DNA of 64,000 nucleotides from NCBI GenBank assembly GCA_013265495.1, contig MU058139.1, positions 124,001-188,000 of the forward strand, in the 5' to 3' direction. This DNA is from Vicugna vicugna. Taxonomy: Eukaryota. Each line of letters opens with the position of its first letter. Position 1 is the stretch's first letter. Position numbers and translations under genes: made by a program. Shown in pieces: positions 63,201 through 64,000 of this stretch. Under the pieces are notes generated by a model. The model was not told where the DNA came from. It did not search any database and was given only the letters and a program-made list of their open reading frames with translations.

Positions 63201-64000
63201 CTGGAGAATGTGAAAGAATTCGCCAAAAATAGACCTGTAGATGGTGAAACAGGAGACTGGCAGTAAAGAGCAAAGGACAAAAATGGAAGCTGAGACAGAA
63301 ACTCATATCATGCTAAGTTAATTTCAGGCTATTCCGCTGAGCCCTGATAGCCAAGAAGATGCAAATAAGCAAGACTTACAGGATTTGCTAATAGAATACA
63401 GATTTCAGAGCTTGGTCAGGACAATTTTATATGTAGGGGAGATCAACTAAAGACATGAAAGCAGCCACGTAGGTGAGCTTAGCGAGTCAGTGGTAGAGAG
63501 TTAAGTCAAAGCATTAAGTAACTCTCGTTTCAGAGTTTAGGGTTTTTAACCTTCATCAGCTCTGCTTGCTCTCCAGAAAACTTTTAACTTGAATTTAAAT
63601 GTGTGGGTTGATTGTAATAAGAATATCTGACACAAAAAGGCAGTTTTTGTTTGCCTAGCCTGGTATTTCATTTGCTTAACTCTTGGTCAAGCCACAAATT
63701 AAAAGAGAAACAAGACACTTTTTGTTGGCTGCAATCATTTTCTATAAACTCAGGGAGGCACTGACAATTTTGTTTGTTCATGTGAGTTAAACCAATTCAT
63801 TTTTTCCAGGAAAAACCTATGTATCCTCTTGCCCTCTTCCCCCCTTCACATGTAGGGAGAGGAAGCACAGAATTTTAGCATTAGATCTGGACTTAGCTCA
63901 GTGATAACAAGTACATTGACCATGGTACCACAATATTTTTTTAATTCAGAGATTTTAAACTCAGATGGTAACGTAAATGTGTATACTCATTCAGTTTAAG

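Overview
Mammalian (eukaryotic) genomic DNA, most likely a cetartiodactyl and plausibly a camelid; this is inferred from the L1 3'-end types and the apparent absence of ruminant, pig or carnivore SINEs. All three gene-derived features are on the + strand. (1) The last four coding exons of TRDMT1/DNMT2 (679-10925). (2) A full-length, dead processed pseudogene of GLDC (glycine decarboxylase, 12115-15890) with 5'UTR, 3'UTR, poly(A) signal, A-tail and target-site duplication, inserted into an older L1 about 1.2 kb past the TRDMT1 stop. (3) The promoter and coding exons 1-17 of CUBN (cubilin, 31876-62931; 2289 nt, 763 codons, all GT-AG, frame intact). The rest is intron/intergenic DNA with L1, L2, MIR, MER5-like, MaLR and ERV-LTR remnants. 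I found no new multi-gene system. The most interesting items are the GLDC retrocopy, an inverted pair of related solo LTRs upstream of CUBN, a perfect 62-bp duplication of AGGTCA nuclear-receptor half-sites in CUBN intron 13, and a poly(A)-only retroinsertion. Comparisons with human proteins and repeat consensuses are from recall, not computed alignments.
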